From Acetobacteraceae bacterium (GTDB lineage: Bacteria > Pseudomonadota > Alphaproteobacteria > Acetobacterales > Acetobacteraceae): a stretch of DNA of 64,000 nucleotides. Positions within the stretch are counted from its first letter, which is position 1; every line of letters begins with the position of its first letter. Shown in pieces: positions 1 to 9,522 of this stretch. The position numbers and the translations under genes are program-made. The notes beneath the pieces were generated by a model that saw only the letters and a list, made by a program, of their open reading frames with translations, had not been told where the DNA came from and ran no database searches. The stretch lies in contig JANXMB010000143.1 in NCBI GenBank assembly GCA_025354865.1, positions 5,499 to 69,498 of the forward strand. Reading direction: 5' to 3'.

Positions 1-799
1 GCAGCGCCTGCATGGAAAATGTCGTTCTGACTTCGGGCACTTTCAGCGCCATGGACGGGCCGGCATAGTTGTTCATGTGCCAAAGATCGGCCCCGACCGA
101 CATCGCCATCGTAATGCCGTCGCCCTCGTTGTAGGGGGAGCCAGAGGTATAGCAGTACGGCACACCGGGGAGGTAATTGCGGATCATCTCCTGATTGTTT
201 TCGAACCCGCCGCAGGTCAGAATCACGCCTTTGCGGGCCTTCACGAACACCGGCTTGCCATTGCGCATCGCCCGCACGCCCAGGATTTCCTTGGTCGTGT
301 CGTGCTGGATCAACGCTTTGCCGGGGGTTTCGTAAAGCACCCGGATCGGGCGTTCTTTCACCAGTCGCTCGAACAATTTCCAGGTATAGGAATAGCCGTA
401 GGTCGGGCCGTCGTGGAATTTATGCACGCAGTCCGCGCCGGGCAGGTCGGGAAATTCGATGCCGACCGGCGGATGCTGGTGTTCCTGCGGGTCGCCGCCG
501 AGCGAAGTAAGCCATTCGTTGTTGAGGCACATTTCCTCGGCCCAGACTTGCACCATCGTTTCGGGCACGGTGAAAGGGCCGCACAAAGCGGTCAGGTAGG
601 CAATCGCGCTCTCGACCGAGGCGGTGTTCAAATACCCCTGCCCGGCGACGCGGGTATTGCCGCCTTCCTCCCCCTCGGGGGCTTTTTCCAGAATAATTAC
701 GGATGCGCCCAATTCGTGCGCCGTCACCGACGCGGCCATGCCGGCGGCACCGAAACCGACTACGACGATGTCGGCTTCTTCATCCCAATGCTGTTGCAT
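1..799 (-). CDS. FAD-dependent oxidoreductase (fumarate reductase/KstD-like flavoprotein family); C-terminus lies beyond the window edge
   Basis: Not in the ORF track because it has no stop inside the window. Reverse complement of 661-799 reads MQQHWDEEADIVVVGFGAAGMAASVTAHELGASVIILEKAPEGEEGGNT, a classic GxGxxG FAD-binding N-terminus, with the ATG at 797-799. The listed + ORF 77..859 is its antisense shadow. Confidence 0.7.
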   Translation of the reverse strand, partial: MQQHWDEEADIVVVGFGAAGMAASVTAHELGASVIILEKAPEGEEGGNTRVAGQGYLNTASVESAIAYLTALCGPFTVPETMVQVWAEEMCLNNEWLTSLGGDPQEHQHPPVGIEFPDLPGADCVHKFHDGPTYGYSYTWKLFERLVKERPIRVLYETPGKALIQHDTTKEILGVRAMRNGKPVFVKARKGVILTCGGFENNQEMIRNYLPGVPYCYTSGSPYNEGDGITMAMSVGADLWHMNNYAGPSMALKVPEVRTTFSMQAL

Positions 800-864
800 A
801 TGCGGCCCCAATTGAAAAGCCGAGGGCGAACCCTCGGCTTTCGATACAATACCGGATAGAAAAA

Positions 865-1383
865 TCAGGCGGCGGCAGCGGCGCGATCCACGTCGTGGTA
901 CGGCCGGCGTTGCACTTTCGACATGTTGATCCCCTCGATCCGCATCAGCCGGGTCGCGGATTTACGTTCGGGGGAGTGCAGCACACCGATATCGTAAAGA
1001 TAGGTGTCGCCCAAATGCATCGTGTAATTATGGTTGAATTTGGCTTTCCCCGGTTCGGTCGCGGTGGGCCGAGCAACGCAATCCCAGGCCGTCATGATTG
1101 TTTCGCCAGCGGCCTGACCGTAGATCGCCCAGGAGGGGCCGTGATCGTGCGGGTTGCTGCCCTTCGGCCCGGTGTAACCGTGCGCCAGGATGGTGAAGCC
1201 GAGTTCCGCGTCCTCGTACAGAATATGCCGTTCCGGCGTGCCTTCCGGGATGTATGCCGCAATGAACGCCGGGTCGGACAGGGCCTGACGGGCGAGGTCG
1301 CGCACCTTCTCCCGCCCCGGGGTGCCGGGATGGTCCTTCAGTGCGGCATGGCAATCGGCGGCGAATTGCTCGATCGTGATCAT
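865..1383 (-). CDS. cupin-fold metalloprotein (putative)
   Basis: ORF 865..1524(-) trimmed to the ATG at 1381-1383, which is preceded by AAGGAG with an 8-nt spacer. Product MITIEQFAADCH... contains the His-rich segment NPHDHGPSWAIYGQAAGE typical of cupin-like beta-barrels. Confidence 0.6.
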   Translation of the reverse strand: MITIEQFAADCHAALKDHPGTPGREKVRDLARQALSDPAFIAAYIPEGTPERHILYEDAELGFTILAHGYTGPKGSNPHDHGPSWAIYGQAAGETIMTAWDCVARPTATEPGKAKFNHNYTMHLGDTYLYDIGVLHSPERKSATRLMRIEGINMSKVQRRPYHDVDRAAAAA

Positions 1384-1408
1384 CGGCGGCTGCTCCTTGG
1401 TTCGATTG

Positions 1409-1825
1409 TCAACGACGATAGGGAAAACAACGATGGCGGTCGAGGGTCGTGCCGAAATGCCGGCCAAGCGCCTCGATCGCATCGCCATGGTCGGGATAGG
1501 GGTCGGCATTGCCGCGGCCGACAACGATGCAGGTTCCGTCCGGCTTGCCTTGCGCCGGCAGCATCGCGGTCGCCAGCGCCAGGCCCTCCTCGTCCCGCAG
1601 GGTCAGAAAGATCGGCATCGTGCGCTGGATGTAGGATTTCTTGCCGATATCCTGCTCGATATAGACGGTGGTCGCGGGCTTGTAGCTGGCGTCCGCCTGT
1701 TCCCACTCGCGCCGGTAATGCTTCTCGACCGCGTGGTGCATCGCCAGCGACTCGGCGACCGCTTCCCCTTCGGAGATCAGGCGGAACCAAGTGCGGTTCT
1801 TCGGGGCGTCGCAGATGTATTCCAT
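1409..1825 (-). CDS. hypothetical protein (conserved-looking, no family recognised)
   Basis: ORF 1409..1906(-) trimmed to the ATG at 1823-1825 (MEYICDAPKNRTWFRLISEGE...). High GC3 and balanced amino-acid composition. Same strand and tight spacing with the cupin and FAD genes downstream. Confidence 0.5.
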   Translation of the reverse strand: MEYICDAPKNRTWFRLISEGEAVAESLAMHHAVEKHYRREWEQADASYKPATTVYIEQDIGKKSYIQRTMPIFLTLRDEEGLALATAMLPAQGKPDGTCIVVGRGNADPYPDHGDAIEALGRHFGTTLDRHRCFPYRR

Positions 1826-1904
1826 ACAATGGCACCCTGCTTGGACGTTGGTGACAGCCAAGCTTAGAATGGAATCCAGTGCACAGGCAAACGGCGGGAA
1901 ACCC

Positions 1905-3548
1905 ATGGCGGATACGTTCGACTACGTGATTGTTGGCAGCGGCGCAGCCGGGTCCGTGCTGAGCAACCGCCTGACCGAGGAACCGGGCAACACCGTCTGC
2001 ACCCTGGAATGCGGGCCGCCGGATCGGCACCCGTTCATCCACATCCCCGCCGGCTTCATCAAGATGCTGTTCAACCCTACCTACACTTGGCAATTCCAGA
2101 CCGAACCCGGCGAAGGCACCAACGGTCGCCGCATCCCCACCACCCAAGGGCGCACACTCGGCGGTTCCTCCTCCATCAACGGCATGATCTACAACCGGGG
2201 CCAGCGCGAGGATTTCGATCACTGGGCGCAGCGCGGCAATCGCGGCTGGGGCTATGTGGACATCCTCCCGTATTTCAAACGCGGGGAACGCCGGGTCGGC
2301 GTCGGCGACGATCGCATCCACGGCCGCACCGGCAGCCTGCCGGTCACCGACAACGATTTCATCCACCCCATCTGCGAAGCCTTCATCGAAGGCGCCGCCG
2401 AATTGGGGATGCCGCGCTGCCAGGATTACAATTCCGGCGATAATCAAGCCGGCGTCGGCTACTTCCAACGCCTCATCAACCGCGGTTTCCGCCACTCCGC
2501 CGCTCGGGTATTCCTCCACCCCGCCAAAGCCACCGGGCGCCTGGACGTGCGCACGGATGCCCGAGCCGCCAGGATATTGTTCGACGGCACCAAGGCGATC
2601 GGGGTGGAATATGTCGACGACCGCGACCGCACGACCCGCCACCAAGTGTTCGCCCGACGCGAGGTCATCGTGTCCGCCGGCACCGCCAACACCGCCCGGC
2701 TGCTGCAAATCTCCGGCGTCGGGCCGGCCTGGCTGCTGAACGACCTCGGCGTGCCGGTCGTCGCCGATCTGCCCGTCGGCGAAAACTTCCGCGACCACTA
2801 CAACGCCCGCATCGTGGCGCGGGTCAAAAATATCCGCACCATGAACGAAATGTCGCACGGCCTCGGCCTGATGGGACAAATCGCCCGCTGGGCCCTCGGC
2901 AAGCCATCCATCCTCGCCACCAGCCCGTCGATCGTCCACTGGTTCTGGAAAACCGAGGACACGATGCGCCAACCCGATATCCAAGGCGTGTTCAGCCCCG
3001 CCAGCTATAAGCAGGGCTTCGTCGGGCTGCTCGACGATTACCCCGGCATGACCTGCGGCGTCTGGCAGCACCGGCCGGAAAGCATCGGCTACGTGCGCGC
3101 CCGATCCACCGACGTGTTCGAGGACCCGATCATCCAACCCAACTACCTGAAAGACACCATCGACCAACGAGTCATGGCGCGCGGCATGCGCCTGGCTCGG
3201 CAGTTGCTGCATACCGGTGCATTGGCCAGCTTCTTCGACCAGGACGAACTGCCCGGCCCGAACGTCCAAACCGACGACGAGTGGCTGGATTATGCTCGGC
3301 AGTACGGCTCGACCTCCTACCACCTGATCGGCACCGCGCGGATGGGGCCGGCGACCGACAAAACCGCCGTTGTCAGCGACGAGTTAAAGGTGCACGGGTT
3401 GCAAGGGCTGCGGGTGGTGGACGCGTCGATCATGCCGAACATGCCCTCGGCGAACACGTATGCGTCCACCATGATGATCGCGGAAAAAGCGTCAGACATG
3501 ATCCGGGGCCGCACGCCGCTGGCCCCGGTGGAAGGGATCGCGGCCTAG
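1905..3548 (+). CDS. GMC-family oxidoreductase (choline/alcohol dehydrogenase-like flavoprotein)
   Basis: ORF 1791..3548 trimmed to the ATG at 1905. N-terminus MADTFDYVIVGSGAAGSVLSNRLTE is the GMC ADP-binding motif. GGSSSINGMIYNRG and the C-terminal SYHLIGTARMG active-site His region are present. Confidence 0.9.
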   Translation: MADTFDYVIVGSGAAGSVLSNRLTEEPGNTVCTLECGPPDRHPFIHIPAGFIKMLFNPTYTWQFQTEPGEGTNGRRIPTTQGRTLGGSSSINGMIYNRGQREDFDHWAQRGNRGWGYVDILPYFKRGERRVGVGDDRIHGRTGSLPVTDNDFIHPICEAFIEGAAELGMPRCQDYNSGDNQAGVGYFQRLINRGFRHSAARVFLHPAKATGRLDVRTDARAARILFDGTKAIGVEYVDDRDRTTRHQVFARREVIVSAGTANTARLLQISGVGPAWLLNDLGVPVVADLPVGENFRDHYNARIVARVKNIRTMNEMSHGLGLMGQIARWALGKPSILATSPSIVHWFWKTEDTMRQPDIQGVFSPASYKQGFVGLLDDYPGMTCGVWQHRPESIGYVRARSTDVFEDPIIQPNYLKDTIDQRVMARGMRLARQLLHTGALASFFDQDELPGPNVQTDDEWLDYARQYGSTSYHLIGTARMGPATDKTAVVSDELKVHGLQGLRVVDASIMPNMPSANTYASTMMIAEKASDMIRGRTPLAPVEGIAA

Positions 3549-3601
3549 CAGACTGCTGAAAAACTGGGCCGGTCGGCGGCTCCCAGGGAGAATGAGCGCG
3601 T

Positions 3602-4507
3602 ATGCCTATCTGGATCCCCATTGCGGTCACCGCCGCCTTGTTTCAATGCTGGCGCACGGCGATGCAGCAGAAGCTGCGCGGCCTGTTGTCGGTCAATGGC
3701 GCGGGCTTCGTGCGGTACCTCTATGGGATGCCGACCGCGTTGGTCATCCTATTGGTCGCGCTATGGATCACCGGCGCGCCGTTGCCGCAGATCAACCCGG
3801 CATTCCTGCTGTTCAGCGCTCTCGGCGGGGTCGGGCAGATCCTGGCGACCAATCTGCTGATCATGTCATTCGGCTATCGCAACTTCGCCGTCGGCACCGC
3901 CTATTCCAAAACCGAAACGGTACAGAGCGCGATCCTGGCCTATTTCCTGCTGAACGAGAGCCTGCGCCCCCTCGCCATCGGCGGCATGGGGGTTGGGCTG
4001 GTCGGCGTCATGACCCTGTCTTTGGCGGGGAAGGGCTTCAAACCGCGCGACCTGCTGATCGCGACCGTGCAGCCGGCGGCGGTATGCGGGCTGGGTGCCG
4101 GGCTGCTGTTCGCCTTCACCACGGTCTTCATCAAATTCGCCAATCAGGCGCTGCCCGATCCCAACCTGACGGTGCGCGCGCTATTCGGTTTGGTGGTGAC
4201 CAATACGATGCAGATCGGCATGCAAGGCACCTACTTGCTCTGGCGCGAACCGGCGGAGCTGAAAAAGGCCTTCACCAGCTGGCGCAGTTCGATGTGGGTC
4301 GGCACCTTGTCCGGCGCCGGTTCGGCGTGCTGGTTCACCGGCTTCGCCATCGCCCCGATCGCGATGGTGCGGGCGGTCGGGCAGGTGGAGATGGTTTTCA
4401 CCCTGCTGTTCAGCCGGTTTTATCTGAAAGAGGTGCTGAAGCCCGGCGATGTCGCCGGGCTCGCACTGGTCGTGCTGGGGGTGTTACTGGTGGTCCTCAG
4501 CCGTTGA
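3602..4507 (+). CDS. DMT-superfamily (EamA-like) membrane transporter
   Basis: 301-aa polytopic hydrophobic protein with about 10 predicted TM segments and an internally duplicated EamA-like layout. Confidence 0.75.
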   Translation: MPIWIPIAVTAALFQCWRTAMQQKLRGLLSVNGAGFVRYLYGMPTALVILLVALWITGAPLPQINPAFLLFSALGGVGQILATNLLIMSFGYRNFAVGTAYSKTETVQSAILAYFLLNESLRPLAIGGMGVGLVGVMTLSLAGKGFKPRDLLIATVQPAAVCGLGAGLLFAFTTVFIKFANQALPDPNLTVRALFGLVVTNTMQIGMQGTYLLWREPAELKKAFTSWRSSMWVGTLSGAGSACWFTGFAIAPIAMVRAVGQVEMVFTLLFSRFYLKEVLKPGDVAGLALVVLGVLLVVLSR

Positions 4508-4510
4508 GGG

Positions 4511-5476
4511 TCACTGCAACTCGGGAATGATCCATAGCGGCTTGTCGCCCCGGATCGTCCGCTGGCAATTGTCGAAAGCGTTGCGGAAGCGGGAATATTG
4601 CGTATCCCACGTCGGCCCGGCGAAATGCGCGGTCAGCACGACATTCGGCAGAGCGAACAGCGGATTGTCCGGCGGCGGCGGCTCCTGGTCGAATACGTCC
4701 AGACCGGCGCCGGCGATGGTGCCGTTCGACAGCGCCTCAATCAACGCGGGTTCGTCGACCACGGGGCCACGGCAGGTGTTGATCAGGTAGGCCGACTTCT
4801 TCATCAGCTTCAACTGTTCGGCACCGATCGTGTGCTTGGTCGCCGGCAACAACGGCACATGCAACGATACGATGTCGGAGGTTCGCAGCAATTCCTCCAG
4901 CAACGCGAAGCGGACGCCGATGTTTTCCGCGTGCTCCTCGCTCAGACGGGCAATATCGTAATACTGCACACGCATGCCGAAGGCGCGGGCGAGCTTGGCG
5001 GTTTTGCGACCGATCGTGCCCAGGCCGACAATGCCGAGGGTCTTGTTGTACATCTCGTACAGCTTGACCTCCGAGGCATTGTTGCCGCGCCAGCGACCGC
5101 CGGACACGTTGGCATGCTGCCAAACCAGACTCCGCGATACCGCCAGCATGAGCATAATCGCGTGCTCGGCGACCGCCGTGGAGTTGGCGCCGCCGTTGTT
5201 GCACACCGCCACGCCGGCTCGGCGCGCGGACTCGATGTCCACACGGTCGTATCCTGCGGATAGCAGTTGCACCAGTTTCAGCTTCGGCGCCCGTTGGTAG
5301 AAAGCGTCGTTCATGCTGCCATCGCCGAAGCCCACCAGACACACGGCGTCCGCCAGCGCGGCGTCGAATTCCGGGCTTCCTTGCTTCGCAAACACGGCAT
5401 CGAGGCTGGCGGGCAGCAATTCTCGCGCGATTGTGAGTTCGTTCAGCGGATTTTCCGCGACAACGATCTTGGCCAT
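4511..5476 (-). CDS. D-isomer-specific 2-hydroxyacid dehydrogenase (NAD-binding)
   Basis: GIVGLGTIGRKTAKLARAFGMRVQYYD NAD-binding glycine motif, NTCRGPVVDE and LTAHFAG catalytic Arg/His regions. ATG at 5474-5476. Confidence 0.9.
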   Translation of the reverse strand: MAKIVVAENPLNELTIARELLPASLDAVFAKQGSPEFDAALADAVCLVGFGDGSMNDAFYQRAPKLKLVQLLSAGYDRVDIESARRAGVAVCNNGGANSTAVAEHAIMLMLAVSRSLVWQHANVSGGRWRGNNASEVKLYEMYNKTLGIVGLGTIGRKTAKLARAFGMRVQYYDIARLSEEHAENIGVRFALLEELLRTSDIVSLHVPLLPATKHTIGAEQLKLMKKSAYLINTCRGPVVDEPALIEALSNGTIAGAGLDVFDQEPPPPDNPLFALPNVVLTAHFAGPTWDTQYSRFRNAFDNCQRTIRGDKPLWIIPELQ

Positions 5477-5674
5477 CGATTTCCCCCTACAGTATGTATC
5501 GTTGGGACAATATCGATTCTCGGCGCGTTGGCACAGACCCGGCGTTTAATTTGCTTTTCCTCATATTTAGACACAATCCTATATTTTATTGCCCCCATTG
5601 CGCATGAATGATACGGAAGGTTGTATCAATCGCGTGACTGTCCAGGCACGCGCCCAGCCGACGGAGTGCGATTT

Positions 5675-7633
5675 TTGTGCGGGTTTGTGGGGCTTTTGAA
5701 CCCGGCGGGGATCGCCTGCGCGCCAGCGGCCGCAGCGCTGATCGCTGGCATGCGCGATCGGCTCGTGCATCGGGGCCCCGACGATGCCGGTTCCTGGATC
5801 GACGCGGCGGCCGGTATTGCGCTGGGTAGCCGCCGTCTTTCGATCCTCGACCGGTCGCCGGCCGGCCATCAGCCCATGGCATCGGCCGACGGTCGCTACG
5901 TCCTCGCGCTGAACGGCGAAATCTACAACGCGCCGGACATGCGCGCCGAACTGGACGCGGCCTCGGCGGCAATCGCCTGGCGCGGCCATTCCGATACCGA
6001 AATCCTGATCGAGGCGATTGCCCGATGGGGTCTCGAACCCGCGCTCGAACGGGCGAATGGTATGTTCGCCCTTGCGGTTTGGGACCGGCAGGATCGGATT
6101 TTGTCGTTGGCGCGCGATCGGATCGGCAAAAAGCCGGTCTATTACGGATGGGCTGGGGCGGCGTTCGTTTTCGGGTCCGAGTTGAAGGCACTTTGGTGCC
6201 ATCCGGATTTCGATACGCGCATCGACCAGACGGCGCTCACCGATTTCCTCCGTCTCGGCTACGTGCTGGGCCCGCGTTCCATCTTCGGCGCGGCGCGGCA
6301 ATTGCCCGCCGGCACCGTCCTCTCGATCGGACCCGACGATACGGCCCGGCGCGCACTGCAGGAGCCGAAGTCCTACTGGCGCCTGAAGGATGCGGCGATC
6401 CAGGGCCTCGATGCCCGCGAATCCGGGCAGCACGCCACGATCGAGGAACTGGACAGCCTGCTGCGCGACGCCGTCGGCATCCGCATGCTGGCCGACGTGC
6501 CGATCGGCGGCCTGCTGTCGGGCGGCATCGATTCCAGCCTGATTGCCGCATTGATGACGGAACGATCGACCGCGCCGATCCACACCTACGCGGTCGGTTT
6601 CGGGATGGCGGAATGGGACGAAACCCAGCATGCCCGCGCGGTATCCGGCCATCTGGGGACGGTGCACAGCGAGACAACGATCTGCCCGGCCGATGTGCTG
6701 GCACTGATGCAGGATCTGCCGGCAATTTTCGACGAACCCTTTGCCGACGACTCCATGATCCCGACCACGCTGTTGAGCCGAGCGGCGCGGCGCGGGGTGA
6801 CGGTGGCTTTGTCGGGGGATGGGGGGGACGAGTTGTTCGCCGGCTACGATCGCTATGCCGACGCGGCCGGATGGCTCGCGCGACGGCGGGCCACGCCGGC
6901 ACCGCTGCGCTGGTTTACCGGTGTGGCAGCGGCGCGAATCGGGCGCCCGGCCGCCGGCTTCCTGGGTTGGAATCGGATCGAACGCCGGCTGCAACTGCTG
7001 GATACGCTGCTGTCGGACGACACGGCCGAGCACTTCAATGCCGCGATCATGTCCCGGACCCTGGATCCGGATGGGCTGTTGGCCAGCCCGGTCGGCGCGG
7101 CCAATCCGCTGCTGGGCGACGCCTATCGCCTGGGTCGCGCCAGCGATATCGACCGTATCATGTTCATGGATAGCCGGTCGTTCCTGGTCGACGACATCCT
7201 GACCAAGGTCGATCGCGCCGGCATGTCCGCATCGCTGGAAGTCCGCTGCCCGCTGCTGGACTATCGCGTGATCGAGATGTCGTGGCGCTTCCCCGACGAC
7301 GCAAAAACGCGGGGCGGGGTGGGCAAGCTGCCGTTGCGCGAAATCCTGCACCGGCATGTGCCGCAGACCCTGGTCGATCGCCCCAAAATGGGTTTCAGCG
7401 CACCGGTCCAGATCTGGCTGAAGGACACGCTGCGCGATTGGGCCGAAGCGCTCATGAGCAGGGACGCTCTGGCCAGCCACGGGCTGCTGAACGTCGAGGC
7501 CTGCCGCCGCTATTGGGACGATTTCATGCTGCGCGGGCGCGCCTGGAATCCCACGGTCTGGAGCTTGTTGATGTTCCAGGCCTGGCACCAAGCCATGCGC
7601 GCCGCCACTGCGACCCGGCTATCGCGGCATTAG
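5675..7633 (+). CDS. asnB: asparagine synthase (glutamine-hydrolysing), class II amidotransferase
   Basis: ORF 5621..7633. The family needs Cys as the first residue after Met removal. In-frame TTG at 5675 followed by TGC gives (M)CGFVGLL, with GGAG 8 nt upstream. SGGIDSS PP-loop motif in the C-terminal synthetase domain. Confidence 0.9.
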   Translation: MCGFVGLLNPAGIACAPAAAALIAGMRDRLVHRGPDDAGSWIDAAAGIALGSRRLSILDRSPAGHQPMASADGRYVLALNGEIYNAPDMRAELDAASAAIAWRGHSDTEILIEAIARWGLEPALERANGMFALAVWDRQDRILSLARDRIGKKPVYYGWAGAAFVFGSELKALWCHPDFDTRIDQTALTDFLRLGYVLGPRSIFGAARQLPAGTVLSIGPDDTARRALQEPKSYWRLKDAAIQGLDARESGQHATIEELDSLLRDAVGIRMLADVPIGGLLSGGIDSSLIAALMTERSTAPIHTYAVGFGMAEWDETQHARAVSGHLGTVHSETTICPADVLALMQDLPAIFDEPFADDSMIPTTLLSRAARRGVTVALSGDGGDELFAGYDRYADAAGWLARRRATPAPLRWFTGVAAARIGRPAAGFLGWNRIERRLQLLDTLLSDDTAEHFNAAIMSRTLDPDGLLASPVGAANPLLGDAYRLGRASDIDRIMFMDSRSFLVDDILTKVDRAGMSASLEVRCPLLDYRVIEMSWRFPDDAKTRGGVGKLPLREILHRHVPQTLVDRPKMGFSAPVQIWLKDTLRDWAEALMSRDALASHGLLNVEACRRYWDDFMLRGRAWNPTVWSLLMFQAWHQAMRAATATRLSRH

Positions 7634-7654
7634 GCCCCGGCATAAGCTGCCCTG

Positions 7655-8377
7655 GTGTGTACCGTCGCAATCCTGATCCGTCCCGACCACGACTGGCCCA
7701 TCGTGCTCGCCGCCAATCGCGACGAGCGGTTGGACCGCGCCTGGGATCCGCCGGCCGCGTGGTGGCCCGACCGGCCGGGGGTTGTCGCCGGGCGCGACCA
7801 TTCCGGCGGCGGCACCTGGATGGGTTTGAATGCGCACGGCGTTGTGGCGGCGGTGCTGAACCGCCAGGGCAGCCTGGGACCGGCCGCCGGCAAGCGCAGC
7901 CGGGGGGAATTGCCGCTGATGGCGCTCGAAAGCGCGACGGCAGCCGATGCGGCGCGGGGGATAGCCGAACAGGATGCGGGGCAGTGGCGCGGGTTCAATT
8001 TGGTGCTGGCGGATAAGATGGGCGCCGTTTTCGTGCGTGGCGGCGGGCATGGCCACCCGCGCGCCTTCCCCTTGGCGCCCGGCCTGCACATGGTCACCGC
8101 GCACGATCCGAACGATCCGGAAAGCCCCCGCGTCGCCAAACATCTGCCCCATTTTCTGGCCGCTCAACCGCCGCAACCCAACGACTGGCGCGCCTGGACC
8201 GACATACTCTCCGACCGTTCCGGGGACGCGGGGGAGCAGATCGACGTGGTGCCTCGGGCGGGGTTCGGCACGGTCTGCTCATCGCTGGTGGCGCTGCCGA
8301 ACGCGGGGCCGCCGGTGTGGCTGTTCGCCCCCGGGCCGCCGCACCGGACCGTGTTCCATTCCGCCTTTCGTACCTAG
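7655..8377 (+). CDS. NRDE-family protein (TANGO2/DUF833-like)
   Basis: GTG start giving MCTVAILIRP..., followed by the eponymous AANRDE motif (LAANRDERLDRAW). Confidence 0.8.
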   Translation: MCTVAILIRPDHDWPIVLAANRDERLDRAWDPPAAWWPDRPGVVAGRDHSGGGTWMGLNAHGVVAAVLNRQGSLGPAAGKRSRGELPLMALESATAADAARGIAEQDAGQWRGFNLVLADKMGAVFVRGGGHGHPRAFPLAPGLHMVTAHDPNDPESPRVAKHLPHFLAAQPPQPNDWRAWTDILSDRSGDAGEQIDVVPRAGFGTVCSSLVALPNAGPPVWLFAPGPPHRTVFHSAFRT

Positions 8378-8461
8378 GGCGCCGCTGCTATACGTCCGGT
8401 CTTGTTCCGTCCGGCCACGGGCTTTTCCCCTTGGCGGACGGAACCACCGAAGGATGCAACC

Positions 8462-9226
8462 ATGGCCCGCCGCCGACAACTCTACGAGGGCAAAGCCAAG
8501 ATCCTGTTCGAAGGACCGGAACCCGGTACCCTCGTGCAGTACTTCAAGGACGACGCGTCCACGGCCAACGGGACCAAGAAGGGCACGATCACCGGTAAGG
8601 GCGTGCTGAACAACCGCATCAGCGAATATCTGATGTCGCGTCTGGCCGAGATTGGCATACCCACGCATTTCGTGCGCCGGCTGAACATGCGCGAGCAACT
8701 GATCCGGGAAGTCGAAATTGTGCCGCTGTCGATGGTCGTGCGCAATGTCGCCGCCGGCAGCCTGTCCACTCGCCTGGGCATCGCCGAGGGCACCCGCCTA
8801 CCGCGATCGATCATCGAGTACTACTTCAAAAACGAGGCGCTGAACGACCCGCTGGTGTCAGAGGAGCACATCACCGCCTTCGGTTGGGCCGGCACCGCCG
8901 ACCTCGACGACATGGTCGCGCTCGCGCTGCGGATCAACGATTTCCTGATGGGCCTGCTGCTGGGCGTCGGCATCACGCTGGTCGATTTCAAGCTGGAATT
9001 CGGCCGGCTGTGGGAAAACGACGAGATGCGCATCATCCTGGCCGACGAAATCAGCCCGGACAATTGCCGTCTGTGGGACAGCAAGACCAACGAAAAAATG
9101 GACAAAGATCGGTTCCGCCGCGACCTGGGTAAGGTCGAAGAAGGCTATCAGGAGGTTGCTCGCCGCCTGGGCATTCTGCCGGAAGCCGGTACGCGCGACC
9201 TCAAAGGCCCGGAGACGATGCAATGA
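8462..9226 (+). CDS. purC: phosphoribosylaminoimidazole-succinocarboxamide (SAICAR) synthase
   Basis: ORF 8402..9226 trimmed to the ATG at 8462 (GAAGGA upstream). [18 protein letters not shown]... with SAICAR synthase similarity along the full length. Confidence 0.95.
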   Translation: MARRRQLYEGKAKILFEGPEPGTLVQYFKDDASTANGTKKGTITGKGVLNNRISEYLMSRLAEIGIPTHFVRRLNMREQLIREVEIVPLSMVVRNVAAGSLSTRLGIAEGTRLPRSIIEYYFKNEALNDPLVSEEHITAFGWAGTADLDDMVALALRINDFLMGLLLGVGITLVDFKLEFGRLWENDEMRIILADEISPDNCRLWDSKTNEKMDKDRFRRDLGKVEEGYQEVARRLGILPEAGTRDLKGPETMQ

Positions 9227-9465
9227 AAGCCACCGTGACCGTCATGTTGAAGAATGGCGTTCTCGACCCGCAGGGCAAGGCGATCGCCCATGCGCTGGGC
9301 ACGCTGGGCTTCGATGGCGTCAACGACGTGCGGGCCGGCAAGGTGATCGAACTCGATCTGGCCGAGAACGACGCCGACAAAGCCCGCGCCCAGGCCGAGG
9401 ACATGGCCCGCAAGCTGCTCGCGAACGGGGTGATCGAAAGCTTCCGGGTCGAAATCGCCGCCTAA
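9223..9465 (+). CDS. purS: phosphoribosylformylglycinamidine synthase subunit PurS
   Basis: 80-aa [21 protein letters not shown]...; ATGA overlap with the purC stop; canonical purC-purS order. Confidence 0.95.
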   Translation: MKATVTVMLKNGVLDPQGKAIAHALGTLGFDGVNDVRAGKVIELDLAENDADKARAQAEDMARKLLANGVIESFRVEIAA

Positions 9466-9522
9466 GCCCAGCCGCCGTTACGCCCAGCCGCCGTTATGCC
9501 CAGCCGCCGTTATGCCCAGCCG
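9466..9522. repeat. 16-bp tandem repeat, about 3.5 copies (GCCCAGCCGCCGTTAY), filling the purS/glpK convergent spacer
   Basis: Units at 9466-9481, 9482-9497 and 9498-9513, plus a partial fourth from 9514. The third unit contains the glpK stop codon (TTA at 9510-9512 on the + strand). Confidence 0.85.

Noticed and set aside
77-859. 260-aa plus-strand ORF at the left edge
   Set aside because: The opposite strand encodes a flavoprotein with a textbook GxGxxG N-terminus (start at 799) that runs off the window. The + ORF is its shadow.
5579-7591. 670-aa minus-strand ORF exactly mirroring asnB. Similar long shadows occur at 1380..3323(-), 9156..10736(+), 15873..17456(+), 23169..24695(-), 35626..37386(+), 37305..39167(+), 44767..46872(+), 48064..49632(-), 51410..53188(-) and 61765..63990(+).
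   Set aside because: Each lies antisense or off-frame to a gene with unmistakable family motifs. Their translations are Arg/Pro/Gly/Ala-rich low-complexity strings with no motifs. Such stop-free shadow frames are expected in high-GC DNA.
8404-8444. Hairpin (GTTCCGTCCG ... CGGACGGAAC, 21-nt loop) upstream of purC, considered as a purine/ZTP riboswitch or attenuator
   Set aside because: I could not recognise ZTP or purine riboswitch consensus elements. There is no U-tract, and the SD (GAAGGA) lies outside the stem. It is probably just a weak structure after the NRDE gene.
9466-9522. Possible CRISPR array
   Set aside because: The units are directly abutting 16-mers with no spacers, there are only about 3.5 copies, and no cas genes are present. 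It is a simple tandem repeat.
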